Part shown: piece by piece, positions 10,391 through 20,443 of the stretch | How positions within the stretch are numbered: the stretch's first letter is position 1 | How the letters are laid out: each line of letters opens with the position of its first letter | Source: an uncultured Christensenella sp. | GTDB taxonomy: Bacteria > Bacillota > Clostridia > Christensenellales > CAG-917 | Reading direction: 5' to 3' | Length of the DNA: 64,000 nucleotides | Assembly: GCA_910584155.1 (NCBI GenBank) | Contig: CAJTYG010000006.1 | Span: 199-64,198, forward strand | The notes under the pieces: generated by a model | What the model saw: the letters and a program-made list of their open reading frames with translations, nothing else | Told to the model about the DNA's origin: nothing | Databases searched by the model: none | Program-made: the position numbers and the translations under genes

Positions 10391-12016
10391 TTATTTTGCG
10401 TATTCTGCGTGACGCACTTCTCTTATGACGTTGACCTTGATCTGTCCGGGATACTCGAGCTCGTTTTCAAGCTTTTCCGCTATCTCTTTTGCAAGGAACA
10501 CGGTGTTTGCGTCGCTGACACGCTCGGGCTTGACCATAACTCTGATTTCTCTGCCCGCCTGCACCGCAAAGGTCTGATCCACTCCGTCAAACGATTTTGC
10601 GATTTCCTCAAGCTTTTCGATACGCTTGACATAGTTTTCAAGCGATTCCCTTCTCGCACCGGGACGTGCGCTTGAAATAGCGTCCGCCGCCTGCACTAAT
10701 ACTGCGTCTATGGTAGTAGGCTCGATGTCGTTGTGGTGAGCCGCTATTGCGTGTATCACGTCGCCGTTTTCACGGTATTTCTTTGCGATTTCCACACCCA
10801 ACTGAATGTGAGTGCCCTCAAGCTCATGGTCGACGGCTTTGCCGATGTCGTGCAACAATCCCGCTCTCTTTGCGATACGTGGATCTATGCCGAGCTCCGA
10901 CGCCATGACCGACGCAAGCGAGGCGACCTCGATGGAATGCTTGAGCACATTTTGTCCGTAGCTTGTGCGGTATTTAAGACGTCCGAGAATTTTGATGACT
11001 TCGGGGTGCAAGCCGTGCACGCCTACCTCGAATGCGGCTTCCTCGCCCGCTTCCTTTATGCCTGCCTCGACCTCACGTCTCACCTTATCCACGATTTCCT
11101 CTATACGTGCGGGGTGGATACGTCCGTCGGTGATGAGCTTTTCAAGCGTCAGCCTTGCCACCTCTCTGCGCACGGGATCGAAGCTTGACAGCGTGATGAC
11201 GTCGGGCGTATCGTCGATGATGAGGTCGACTCCCGTCGCACTTTCAAGCGCACGGATATTTCTGCCCATTCTGCCGATTATCCTGCCCTTCATCTCGTCG
11301 TTTGGCAATGCTACGACTGATACGGTATTTTCGGTTGCGTGGTCCGCAGCGCAGCGTTGAATTGCTTGAGAAATGATGTTTTTGGCTTCCTTTTGCGCAT
11401 TTTCCTTAGACTCGGCAATGATAGCCTTCGCCTCTTGCGCAGCGCTCTTTTTTACGCCGTCAAGCAGTGCCGATTTAAGCTCCGCCTCAGCTTCCTCTTT
11501 GGTCATGCCGGACACTCTTTCAAGCTCCTTCTGCATATTTTCCTTTGAGTGGCTGAGCTCCTCCTCGATACCTTTTAATCTTTCTTTTGTTTCTTCGTTT
11601 TGCTTTTGGACACGCTCGGCATCCTCGATTTTTTTGTCAAGCGACGCACTCTTTTTGTCTATCTGATCCTCTTTTCTGTCCAAAGCGGATTCCTTTTGAG
11701 CAAGTCTGTTTTCAGTACGCTGCCAATCCTGTTTGCGCTCCTTTGTTTCCTTTTCAAAGTCGTCACGCATTTTGTTCATTTGCTCTTTTGCGTCGAGCAA
11801 ACCGTCCTGACGAATGTTTTTTGCTTCTAATTTTGCTTCTTCGATGATTCTTTCCGCTTCGCTTTTGGCGCTATTGATTTTGGTCGTCAGATATTTTTTA
11901 TAAATAAAATAGCACGACACCGCACCGAGCACCAAGCCTATCACTGCAACGCCGACTGCAATGCCGACGATACCGCCGTCGCTGATTGCGGAAAGCAATA
12001 AACTCAATCCGGTCAT
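10391..12016 (-). CDS. rny: ribonuclease Y
   Basis: 541 aa with an N-terminal TM helix, a coiled coil, a KH domain ([15 protein letters not shown]) and an HD domain (LLHDIGK). Confidence 0.95.
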   Translation of the reverse strand: MTGLSLLLSAISDGGIVGIAVGVAVIGLVLGAVSCYFIYKKYLTTKINSAKSEAERIIEEAKLEAKNIRQDGLLDAKEQMNKMRDDFEKETKERKQDWQRTENRLAQKESALDRKEDQIDKKSASLDKKIEDAERVQKQNEETKERLKGIEEELSHSKENMQKELERVSGMTKEEAEAELKSALLDGVKKSAAQEAKAIIAESKENAQKEAKNIISQAIQRCAADHATENTVSVVALPNDEMKGRIIGRMGRNIRALESATGVDLIIDDTPDVITLSSFDPVRREVARLTLEKLITDGRIHPARIEEIVDKVRREVEAGIKEAGEEAAFEVGVHGLHPEVIKILGRLKYRTSYGQNVLKHSIEVASLASVMASELGIDPRIAKRAGLLHDIGKAVDHELEGTHIQLGVEIAKKYRENGDVIHAIAAHHNDIEPTTIDAVLVQAADAISSARPGARRESLENYVKRIEKLEEIAKSFDGVDQTFAVQAGREIRVMVKPERVSDANTVFLAKEIAEKLENELEYPGQIKVNVIREVRHAEYAK

Positions 12017-12255
12017 TTGGGACCTCCGTATATATAATCAAAACTGCACGGTGAAAACGCCGAAATCAAAAAATATAATCGTTTATATCTATACACGGCG
12101 CAGAAGCGCCATTAAACTAAAACAATCTATATAAACACTTTATGGTTTTCACAGTTATAGTTTTGTCTTTGTAATTATATAGTATTTTAAACGTTTAGTC
12201 AATAAATATGTAAATAGTTTATTATATATATTATATAAATATTAAAATAAATATC

Positions 12256-12289
12256 AAAAATACAAAACGCCCCGTGTATCGGGGCGTTT
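12256..12289 (-). terminator. rho-independent terminator after recA
   Basis: aaacgccccg / cggggcgttt stem with a 5-nt loop, followed on the minus strand by a U-rich tract. Confidence 0.8.
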
Positions 12290-12314
12290 AAATATTCTGT
12301 TTAATGTTTGCTAT

Positions 12315-13313
12315 TTATAGCTGCTCTCTCACCTTTGCGTCTATTTCGGCAAGCACCTCGGGATGCGCTTCGAGATACTCTATGGTCTTATCTCTGCCCT
12401 GTCCGATCTTTTCGTCGTTGTAGCTGAACCAGCTTCCGCCCTTTTGGACGATACCCTTTGACACCGCAACGTCAAGTATGCACGCCGTGTTGGAAATGCC
12501 CTTGCCGTACATTATGTCAAATTCCGCCGTTCTGAAGGGAGGTGCTACCTTGTTTTTGACTATCTTTGCGTTGACGTGGTTGCCTATGACGTCGGCGCCG
12601 TCCTTGATAGCGTCCTTTTTGCGGATATCTATACGCACCGATGCGTAAAACTTGAGTGCCTTTCCACCCGTAGTCGTCTCTGCGCTGCCGTAAAATACGC
12701 CTACCTTTTCTCTTAGCTGATTGATAAAGATGATTGTGCACTTGCTCTTTGATGCCACCGCAGTGAGCTTACGAAGCGCCTGCGACATTAGTCTTGCCTG
12801 CAAGCCTACGTGGCTGTCGCCCATATCGCCGTCAATTTCCGCCTGCGGCGTGAGCGCTGCGACCGAGTCCACAACGATTATATCAACTGCGCCGCTGCGC
12901 ACAAGCGTTTCCACAATATCGAGCGCCTGCTCGCCGTTGTCGGGCTGCGCAATATACAGATTTTCTATCTGTACGCCGAGATTTGCCGCATAAACGGGAT
13001 CAAGAGCATGCTCAGCATCGATAAATGCCGCCGTTCCGCCCGTCTTTTGCACCTCTGCCACACAATGTAGCGCAACCGTAGTCTTACCCGAGGACTCGGG
13101 TCCGTAAATTTCTATTATCCTTCCCTTTGGTATGCCGCCTATACCAAGCGCAACGTCAAGAGTAAGACAGCCTGTGGAAATAGCCTCCACCTTTTGCGCA
13201 GTTTCCTCGCCGAGCAACATTATCGAGCCTTTGCCAAACTGCTTTTCGATTTGAGCAAGAGCGTCTTGCAAGCTTTCAGCTTTGGTTTTGGGCTTTTCAT
13301 TTTCTTTAGCCAT
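12315..13313 (-). CDS. recA: recombinase RecA
   Basis: 332 aa with Walker [10 protein letters not shown]; canonical RecA sequence throughout. Confidence 0.97.
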   Translation of the reverse strand: MAKENEKPKTKAESLQDALAQIEKQFGKGSIMLLGEETAQKVEAISTGCLTLDVALGIGGIPKGRIIEIYGPESSGKTTVALHCVAEVQKTGGTAAFIDAEHALDPVYAANLGVQIENLYIAQPDNGEQALDIVETLVRSGAVDIIVVDSVAALTPQAEIDGDMGDSHVGLQARLMSQALRKLTAVASKSKCTIIFINQLREKVGVFYGSAETTTGGKALKFYASVRIDIRKKDAIKDGADVIGNHVNAKIVKNKVAPPFRTAEFDIMYGKGISNTACILDVAVSKGIVQKGGSWFSYNDEKIGQGRDKTIEYLEAHPEVLAEIDAKVREQL

Positions 13314-13377
13314 AGTAAATCTCCTTTATATCACGCCCGATGGACGTCTTTGTTGTATTTATTATATGATAGGTTAT

Positions 13378-13412
13378 GCACCGTTTTCGGTACATCGTAC
13401 CGTTTGCGGTAC
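13378..13412. promoter_or_regulatory. two tandem 16-bp palindromes (GCACCGTTTTCGGTAC, ATC spacer, GTACCGTTTGCGGTAC): candidate operator over the recA promoter
   Basis: Read directly from the sequence. A perfect minus-strand TATAAT lies at 13361-13366, so site 1 covers the expected -35 position. Confidence 0.4.
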
Positions 13413-13416
13413 TAAA

Positions 13417-14115
13417 TCAAAAATTCCATATCTTGCCCTTAAGATAGCGCAAAAGATAGAACAACGCCATATTTGTCGCACATCTGCGTATATGGTTGCG
13501 GTTTCCCGTGAAATGCTCTTCAAAGACGATAATGAAGTCGCCCGCACCCACTCCGATGTACACCAGTCCGACGGGCTTACCCTCGTCGCCTGTAGGTCCC
13601 GCAAGTCCCGTAGTAGCGACGCCTATGTCTACCGGCGCTTTTGTGATGCCCTGCACCATTTCATATGCGGTCTGTCTGCTGACTGCGCCGTAATTTTCTA
13701 TCGCATATCTGCTTACGCCGAGCCTTGATATTTTAGCTTCCGAGTTGTAGCATACTATGCCCTCGTAAAAGTGCTTGCTTATGCCGTCCACTTCCACTAT
13801 TCTCGAGCATACCTCGCCGCCCGTGAGGCTTTCCGCCACGCCGAGCACTCTGTCGCTTACCTTTAGCTCACGCCCGACAAGCTCCTGCAGGCTTGCGTCC
13901 TTTGCACTGTACACCTCGTCCTCAAACAGATTGTACACCTTGCAGCGCACTGCGTCAAAAGCGTCCTTAGATATGCCGTCCGCCGTCATTGTGATTTTTG
14001 CGTCGAGGCAGTCCTCCTCGACCTCGAACGTGACGCCCTCGCCCTCGCAGCTTGCAAGACGTTCTAAAATTTCACAACTGTCAAGTCCGCAGATTTTTAC
14101 TATCTCGTTTATCAT
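13417..14115 (-). CDS. cinA: CinA-family protein (PncC-like nicotinamide-nucleotide amidase domain)
   Basis: 232 aa with ...AESLTGG... and ...ATTGLAGP... motifs. Conserved pgsA-cinA-recA order. Confidence 0.85.
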   Translation of the reverse strand: MINEIVKICGLDSCEILERLASCEGEGVTFEVEEDCLDAKITMTADGISKDAFDAVRCKVYNLFEDEVYSAKDASLQELVGRELKVSDRVLGVAESLTGGEVCSRIVEVDGISKHFYEGIVCYNSEAKISRLGVSRYAIENYGAVSRQTAYEMVQGITKAPVDIGVATTGLAGPTGDEGKPVGLVYIGVGAGDFIIVFEEHFTGNRNHIRRCATNMALFYLLRYLKGKIWNF

Positions 14116-14756
14116 AAGTTTTTATTTTCGGCGGCGCTTTGCTCTGCCGCACCGTCATCGGAAAACACGTGCTTATTTTTATAGATATATCTAATGCCGC
14201 TGAACACCGCAAGCACTGCGCCTATATAAAACAACACCGTACCTATCCAGCCTATCACGACGTGCAAGCCCGCAAGCATAAGCGCATTGACGGACACGTC
14301 GAGAAACACCGTTTTGATCTTGCCGTAAATATCCGCCGCCAAGACAAGATTTTTTCTTGCGGCAATGCTGCGGAACACGCTTATCAAAAGCTCTCTTGAG
14401 AGTATCAGTCCGCTAAGCAGAGCGATGACCACCCCGTTGTGCAGGTATACGCCGCCTAAGGTCAATCCGTCCTGATAAAGCACTATCAAAAACAGCATTA
14501 TCACGATTACCACCTTGTCCGCAAGCGGATCGAGCAGCTTTCCGAGGTCTGACACCGTGCCCGTTTTGCGCGCTATATGTCCGTCAACAAAGTCGGTCGA
14601 ACAGCATATGGCGAAAAGCGCCGCCGACACGATAAGGCAGGACAAATACACAGTGTATTGAGATTTAAAGCTCTCGGCAATGATAAAAACTATGATCGTC
14701 GGGATTATCAAAAGAATACGCAGTATAGTGATTTTAGTTGCCAAAGTCAATTTCAT
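14112..14756 (-). CDS. pgsA: CDP-diacylglycerol--glycerol-3-phosphate 3-phosphatidyltransferase
   Basis: CDP-alcohol phosphatidyltransferase motif DFVDGHIARKTGTVSDLGKLLDPLADK. The ATG at 14756 follows a GGGAGAG RBS; the ORF is open up to 14771. Confidence 0.9.
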   Translation of the reverse strand: MKLTLATKITILRILLIIPTIIVFIIAESFKSQYTVYLSCLIVSAALFAICCSTDFVDGHIARKTGTVSDLGKLLDPLADKVVIVIMLFLIVLYQDGLTLGGVYLHNGVVIALLSGLILSRELLISVFRSIAARKNLVLAADIYGKIKTVFLDVSVNALMLAGLHVVIGWIGTVLFYIGAVLAVFSGIRYIYKNKHVFSDDGAAEQSAAENKNL

Positions 14757-16056
14757 TTTCCACTCTCCCAAATAAATCTACGCCGTCGACAGAAGTGATT
14801 TGCACCTGATAAAACTCGCCGATATTTACCTCTGCTTCAGACGTAAAATATACAACGCCGTCAATATCGGGCGCCTGCGTCGACATTCTGCCCACAAACA
14901 TCTGTCTGTCATAATCTATCCCGTCATATATAACAGTGACGGTTTTGCCTACAAACGAGCGGTTGCGCTTTTTTATGACCTGCTTTTGCAAATCTATCAG
15001 CCTGTTTGCACGCTTTTCCTTTACAGCCTCGGGCAGATGTCCGTCGAGCCTGTCGGCAGGAGTGCCCTCCTCTCTCGAATATGCAAAGAAGCCCGCATAA
15101 TCGAGATTGCCTTCCTTGACAAAGGTCATAAGCTTTTTAAACGCCTGCTCGCTCTCATCTGGGAAGCCGCATATAAACGTTGTGCGCAGGGTTATGCCCG
15201 CACGCTTCACCTTATCTACGATAGCCCGTGTAGCCGCCTCGTCGGTGCGCCTGCCCATTCGCTTGAGCACGCCGCTGTCGATATGCTGAAAAGGAATATC
15301 CATATATTTGACTACCTTCGGTTCGTTTGCGATAAACTCTATCAGCTCGTCGTCCACCATTTCGGGCTCAAGATACAAAAGCCTTATCCACTCAAAATCA
15401 AGCTGCTCGAGCGCACGCACAAGCTCAAAAAGATGAGGCTTGCCGTCAAAATCTATTCCGTATCTCGTGACGTCCTGCGCAACGAGAATAAGCTCCTTTA
15501 CGCCGTCGTCGCTTAGCGCCTTTGCCTCTCTCAACAAATCCTCTAACTTTTCCGACTTATATCCGCCACGTATGCTCGGTATAGCGCAATATGTACAGTG
15601 ATTATTACAGCCGTCGGCTATCTTCAGATATGCGTAGTGATAAGGCGTAGTGAGCACTCTTTTGTCAAAAAAAGCGTCCTTGCAGGCGGTGTTTACCACT
15701 CTGTCGCCCTCGCTTATCCTCTGCACCGTGCTTGCTATCTCATCATAGCTGCAAACGCCGAGAAAAGCGTCCACTTCGGGGAATTCCGCCTTAAGCTCGT
15801 CCTCATATCGCTGAGCAAGGCACCCTGTAACTATAACGTATTTCACGCCGTGCTTCTTCTGTTCCGCCGCCCAAAGTATCTCGTCGATGGATTCTTCCTT
15901 AGCCTTGTCTATAAATGCGCAGGTGTTGACAATCAAAATGTCCGCTTCTTCTTGAGACGACACGATTTCGTGCCCGCATTGTGTGAGCCTTGCAAGCATT
16001 TTTTCGGTGTCCACCCTGTTTTTATCGCAGCCGAGCGAAATTGCGCCTATCTTCAT
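14734..16056 (-). CDS. rimO: ribosomal protein S12 methylthiotransferase
   Basis: 440 aa with an N-terminal MTTase domain, radical-SAM CNNHCTYC and a C-terminal TRAM-like domain. Confidence 0.9.
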   Translation of the reverse strand: MKIGAISLGCDKNRVDTEKMLARLTQCGHEIVSSQEEADILIVNTCAFIDKAKEESIDEILWAAEQKKHGVKYVIVTGCLAQRYEDELKAEFPEVDAFLGVCSYDEIASTVQRISEGDRVVNTACKDAFFDKRVLTTPYHYAYLKIADGCNNHCTYCAIPSIRGGYKSEKLEDLLREAKALSDDGVKELILVAQDVTRYGIDFDGKPHLFELVRALEQLDFEWIRLLYLEPEMVDDELIEFIANEPKVVKYMDIPFQHIDSGVLKRMGRRTDEAATRAIVDKVKRAGITLRTTFICGFPDESEQAFKKLMTFVKEGNLDYAGFFAYSREEGTPADRLDGHLPEAVKEKRANRLIDLQKQVIKKRNRSFVGKTVTVIYDGIDYDRQMFVGRMSTQAPDIDGVVYFTSEAEVNIGEFYQVQITSVDGVDLFGRVENEIDFGN

Positions 16057-16676
16057 AACGTCACACCCGCCGGAAGCAAATCCATTGACAGCACTTTCGC
16101 TGCCTCATTGCAATCAACGTTCACCTTAAAGGTCGGTATATCGCTATCCGCTTTCGTAAATATGCCCGCATTTTCAAGGTCACGAAGCATATTTTGAACG
16201 TCGTGCTCATTCATATCAAGATACTGGCAAACATCCTCTGCCGTGATATACTCTACACCGCTTGCCGCCGCATAATAGCCATATCTTATTATCACTGCAA
16301 GCCAGTGATAGCGGTTGAGTTCACGTGTTACAAATCCGTCAAAAGCGTCGGACGGCCAATTTGCAATACCGTCACGGCTGAATTTTTCTAATTGTTCCGC
16401 TGTCACATTCACCGTAAATTCGTCGTTGTTATCCTCATTTACCGTTATAAATCCAAGCTCTTGAATTAGCCGATAAATATATGCCGCTTTAGGATAACCA
16501 AACAGCATTTTTCTTGCGATAAAAGTTAGCGAAAACGGATATCTGTCAGACTTTTGCAAATATAAACCCACTGTTTTTGCTATTGTTTCCGAAAGTGACT
16601 TTTTTTGCTCATCTATCATTTCGGCAACAAAAGGTATGTCAAAAAAACTGTGTAAATTCACGCTGCTATCAATCAT
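16053..16676 (-). CDS. hypothetical protein containing an FtsK-gamma-like winged helix
   Basis: ...FIARKMLFGYPKAAYIYRLIQELGFITV...VNVTAEQLEKF parallels the FtsK C-terminus ...MQRKLGFGYPKAAKIHDQMQEMGFMS...VNITREQLRML. The ATG at 16676 overlaps the ftsK stop (ATGATTGA), and the stop overlaps the rimO start. Confidence 0.6.
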   Translation of the reverse strand: MIDSSVNLHSFFDIPFVAEMIDEQKKSLSETIAKTVGLYLQKSDRYPFSLTFIARKMLFGYPKAAYIYRLIQELGFITVNEDNNDEFTVNVTAEQLEKFSRDGIANWPSDAFDGFVTRELNRYHWLAVIIRYGYYAAASGVEYITAEDVCQYLDMNEHDVQNMLRDLENAGIFTKADSDIPTFKVNVDCNEAAKVLSMDLLPAGVTL

Positions 16677-19600
16677 CGCCGTCCTCCGTATCTTGCTCGG
16701 CAAGCATTCTGAGCTGCTCACGTGTGATATTGACAATCATACGTTTTTTGCCGCTTCCGTCGTCGCTCATGAAGCCCATTTCCTGCATTTGGTCGTGTAT
16801 CTTTGCCGCCTTTGGATATCCAAAGCCAAGCTTTCGCTGCATATATGAAATGGACAGCGGCGAGTTATTGTCCTCTCTAAGCTCTATGCCGAGCTCGAGC
16901 GCACGCAAAAGGTCTTGCGAAATGCCGCCCTTATCTCTGTTTTTTGATTTTTCTTCCTTCTCGTCGTCATCGGGCTCTTCATCCTTAAAGATAGCGTCCT
17001 TGACGTTTTCGTCAAAGTAGCTGTCGTTGTGCTCTTTGATATACTCAACGACACGGTGCACCTCTTCGTTGGATATGAATGCGCCCTGCATACGCTCGGG
17101 CAGCGACGAGCCGGGTGTGAGATACATAAGGTCGCCAAAGCCGAGCAGCTTTTCTGCGCCTACAGTGTCGATGACTGTGCGGCTGTCGTAGTTTGAAGTG
17201 ACCTTAAACGCAATACGGCTGGGCAGATTGTTTTTGATAGTGCCACTGATGACGTCCGTCGACGGACGCTGTGTGGCAAGCACGATATGGATACCCGTTG
17301 CACGTGCAAGACGTGCGATACGGTTTACGCTGTCCTCAACAGCCTTTTTACCGGTTGACATAAGGTCGGCAAACTCATCGACGATGATGATGATACGTGT
17401 CATCTTTTCAAAGCCGTGTTTGGATACGTCCGCATTGTAGCTTTCGATATCCCTGTAGCCCACTTCCGCAAAATATTTCATACGGCGCTCCATCTCCTGT
17501 ATGGACCAGTTGAGCGCACGGATAGCCTTGTCCGTATCGCAGATGATTTCGTCCATAAGCAAATGCGGGATACCTGCATACATTGTCATTTCGACTCGCT
17601 TTGGGTCTACAAGTATGAGCCTTACATCGTCGGGCGAAGCCTTATACAGCAGGCTGACTATGAGCGAGTTTATACAGCAGCTCTTGCCTGCGCCCGTTGC
17701 GCCCGCAATGAGCACGTGCGGCAGCTTTCTTACCTGCGCAACACGGCTTGCGCCGTACAGGTTTTTGCCGACCGCAAACGAAGCGGGGTCCTTTTCCCTG
17801 TTAAACTCGGGCGACTCTATTATCTCGCTCAGCGTGACGATACGTCTTATCTTATTCGGCACCTCGACGCCGACTGCGTCCTCGCCAGGGATAGGCGCAA
17901 TTATACGCACGCTGTCAACCTCCATCTTCATTGCGATGTCGCTTTCATATCCGCAAATTGAGCTGACCGTCTTGCCTCTTGGCATTTCCACCTTCAGCTT
18001 ATAAAGCGTAAAGGTTGGACCGACCTTGATTTCTTTGACCTCACATTTTATGTTGAATAAGCCGAGAGTTTTGATGAGACGGTCCTTTTTGAACTCGTAA
18101 TCCTCGTTTTGATCCTCCTCGGGCTTAGGCGGATCGAGCAGGCTCACGGGAGGCGCAGCATACGGACGGCGTGGCGGCACGGGCTTTTCCTCGATATGCT
18201 CCATACTGACCTGCACGACCTTTTTTGAGGGCTGTTTTCTGACCTGTCCCTCGTCGATAACACCTCTGTTCTGCGATGATTTGACCTTTTCTTCACGCAT
18301 AGCCTGAGCCTCAAACGGTCCCATAGAAGGCGTTTCCTTGATAGCCTGCTTTATGTTTTGTATGCGTGACTGCATTTCCGCACTTTCCTTTTCCTTTGCG
18401 GACTGCTTTGCTATATCCGTCGTGGCTTGAATTTCGCCTCTCGACATAGGCGCACCCGTCACCTGCTGCTTTATCGGCAGAGGCTCGCTGGGCACGTCGC
18501 CGCCCTGCGTCGGGTTTGTATCGACATATGCGGGACGCTCAAGCGTAGGCTTTGACATCTCGTATCCGCCCTTTGCAGGCGCAGGCTTTTCCGTCTCGCC
18601 GTTTACCGCCGTACCCGAAAATGCGTGCGGTACAGTGCCCTCTTTTATGGACGTGTAGCCGGAATGTTCCACATCGGCTATAGTCTTAGGCTGATTTGGA
18701 CGCACAGTTTCCGTGCTTTGAGCGGCTACAACGGGCACGCTTTGCACGGGCGCCGCCTGTATCGGCTGCACGGGCGTCTGAGCAGCGGTATCCTGCACTG
18801 CGCCTTGCGCAGGCTTGACGGTGACGATAGGACTTATTTTAATTTCGGGCTTTTCATAGACGGTTTCGGTGATATAGTCCGGTTCCGCAGCGGAAGCCGA
18901 GGCACGGTTGATCGCTCCGAGCATACCCGTATTTACGGCGCTTTCCGCCTTTCTGATAGTAGAATTTATAGCGTCCGCACTGTCTGGACGTCTTATCACC
19001 CGTGTAGGCTCTACGACCTCTTTTTTGACGGGCTCGCTATTTTCATCGCCGTATTCCGACTGAATGGGATTCTGCGCAAACGTGCGCTCTCTGTCGGCAA
19101 TAAGCTCATAAAAATCAAGTCTTTGACCTGTCTTTGGCGGCTGCACGCTCTCAACGGGAACAATGGGCGGCTGAGTATTATCCTCGCCCGCACGGTGACG
19201 GCGGATGAAGTCTTCACGCATAGCCTCGGTCGTAGCGTCCGCCCCGAATCTTGCCCTTGCCTCGCCTCTGCGCACTGCGTCGTATGACGGAGAGACGTTT
19301 GTAAGCGCACCTCTCGGATTGTTTACGGTCTCGTAGCGTGACATCACCTCTGCGCTCGGCTCGTCGCCAAACAGAATATCTCTTGCAAGACCACGTGAAG
19401 AATATGCGTCCGCATTTGCTCTTTTTGCGCCGTTTTGAACGGGAGGCGCAAGCACCTCGTCCTCATAGCCGCCGTTTTGGTTGGGATAAAGAGGATTGAA
19501 CGACTGTATGGGCGCATAACCCTCAGCGCCCTTTGCACGTCTGAAGCCTTTTCTTTGCGGCATGGGATCGCCTGCGACGTCCACGACGTAAAGCGAGCCC

Positions 19601-20268
19601 TCGCCTTGAGTATCGAGCTGTGAAAAGTCCGTGATGACGGGTGCGTCCGCAGCCGTGATACGGTGAGTTTCACGTGCCTTTGCCCTTTCCGACGAACGTT
19701 CACGCAAGGAACGGTCATTGTTTTTTGCACGTCTTTGCTTTTCAGGCGCAGCGGAATAAGTCACGTTGCGGCGAATTGACGGGAATATCGCAAAAAACGC
19801 CAGCACGATGAACGCCGCACACGCAACTATGAGTGCGCCGACGCTTGTGATGACCTTCATCAGCGGGAACGCCGTAAGACCGTACAGCATTCCGCCCGCC
19901 GTATTCGTATTGTAGTAGCACGCAAGCAGATAACTGCCGTAATTTGCTCCGATTATCACCGAGCTCGAGGTGTAGATTTGCAAGGCATAAATGCCGAGCA
20001 CCAATAAGCCCACGTAAAACGCCGCCCTTGACAAACGCATTCTCACTCTTATGCCAAAGGTAAGCGCAACGCCGAGTATGACACCCGCCACAGAATATCC
20101 GTAGACCGCCAGCCCGAAAAAGCCGACTAAAAAACCGCTTACCGCCCTCCCTACGCCGCCGAAAGCGCCGACTGCGCACAAAAAGCAGAACAGCGAAAGC
20201 ACGGTCAGGACGACGCCTGCCGCAATTCTACTGCCTGTATGTGCTCTTGCCTGTCGAGTATTAGCCAA
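16669..20268 (-). CDS. ftsK: DNA translocase FtsK/SpoIIIE
   Basis: 1199 aa with N-terminal TM helices, a low-complexity linker of about 500 aa, a motor domain with Walker A GATGAGKS, and a C-terminal gamma domain. Confidence 0.95.
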   Translation of the reverse strand: MANTRQARAHTGSRIAAGVVLTVLSLFCFLCAVGAFGGVGRAVSGFLVGFFGLAVYGYSVAGVILGVALTFGIRVRMRLSRAAFYVGLLVLGIYALQIYTSSSVIIGANYGSYLLACYYNTNTAGGMLYGLTAFPLMKVITSVGALIVACAAFIVLAFFAIFPSIRRNVTYSAAPEKQRRAKNNDRSLRERSSERAKARETHRITAADAPVITDFSQLDTQGEGSLYVVDVAGDPMPQRKGFRRAKGAEGYAPIQSFNPLYPNQNGGYEDEVLAPPVQNGAKRANADAYSSRGLARDILFGDEPSAEVMSRYETVNNPRGALTNVSPSYDAVRRGEARARFGADATTEAMREDFIRRHRAGEDNTQPPIVPVESVQPPKTGQRLDFYELIADRERTFAQNPIQSEYGDENSEPVKKEVVEPTRVIRRPDSADAINSTIRKAESAVNTGMLGAINRASASAAEPDYITETVYEKPEIKISPIVTVKPAQGAVQDTAAQTPVQPIQAAPVQSVPVVAAQSTETVRPNQPKTIADVEHSGYTSIKEGTVPHAFSGTAVNGETEKPAPAKGGYEMSKPTLERPAYVDTNPTQGGDVPSEPLPIKQQVTGAPMSRGEIQATTDIAKQSAKEKESAEMQSRIQNIKQAIKETPSMGPFEAQAMREEKVKSSQNRGVIDEGQVRKQPSKKVVQVSMEHIEEKPVPPRRPYAAPPVSLLDPPKPEEDQNEDYEFKKDRLIKTLGLFNIKCEVKEIKVGPTFTLYKLKVEMPRGKTVSSICGYESDIAMKMEVDSVRIIAPIPGEDAVGVEVPNKIRRIVTLSEIIESPEFNREKDPASFAVGKNLYGASRVAQVRKLPHVLIAGATGAGKSCCINSLIVSLLYKASPDDVRLILVDPKRVEMTMYAGIPHLLMDEIICDTDKAIRALNWSIQEMERRMKYFAEVGYRDIESYNADVSKHGFEKMTRIIIIVDEFADLMSTGKKAVEDSVNRIARLARATGIHIVLATQRPSTDVISGTIKNNLPSRIAFKVTSNYDSRTVIDTVGAEKLLGFGDLMYLTPGSSLPERMQGAFISNEEVHRVVEYIKEHNDSYFDENVKDAIFKDEEPDDDEKEEKSKNRDKGGISQDLLRALELGIELREDNNSPLSISYMQRKLGFGYPKAAKIHDQMQEMGFMSDDGSGKKRMIVNITREQLRMLAEQDTEDGDD

Positions 20269-20388
20269 AATTTACCTTCCGTGTATTTATATTTTTATAG
20301 TATCAGAAATTATAACATACTTACAGTTATATTTCAAGTATAATATACCTAAATTGCCGCTAATTTAAAACCGCTTTTAAAATATCAT

Positions 20389-20424
20389 AAAAAACTGCGC
20401 CGCCCGCAAAAGCGAGCGCCGCAG
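20389..20424 (-). terminator. terminator after the M16 peptidase gene
   Basis: GC-rich imperfect stem ctgcgccgcccgc / gcgagcgccgcag. The plus-strand A6 run is the U-tract on the minus strand. Confidence 0.6.
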
Positions 20425-20443
20425 CAATAACAATATGCGTGAC

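Noticed and set aside
16677-16736. N-terminal 20 codons of the 227-aa ORF overlapping the ftsK 3' end
   Set aside because: The internal ATG at 16676, which overlaps the ftsK stop, gives a classic coupled start. The upstream extension is probably an ORF-caller artefact.
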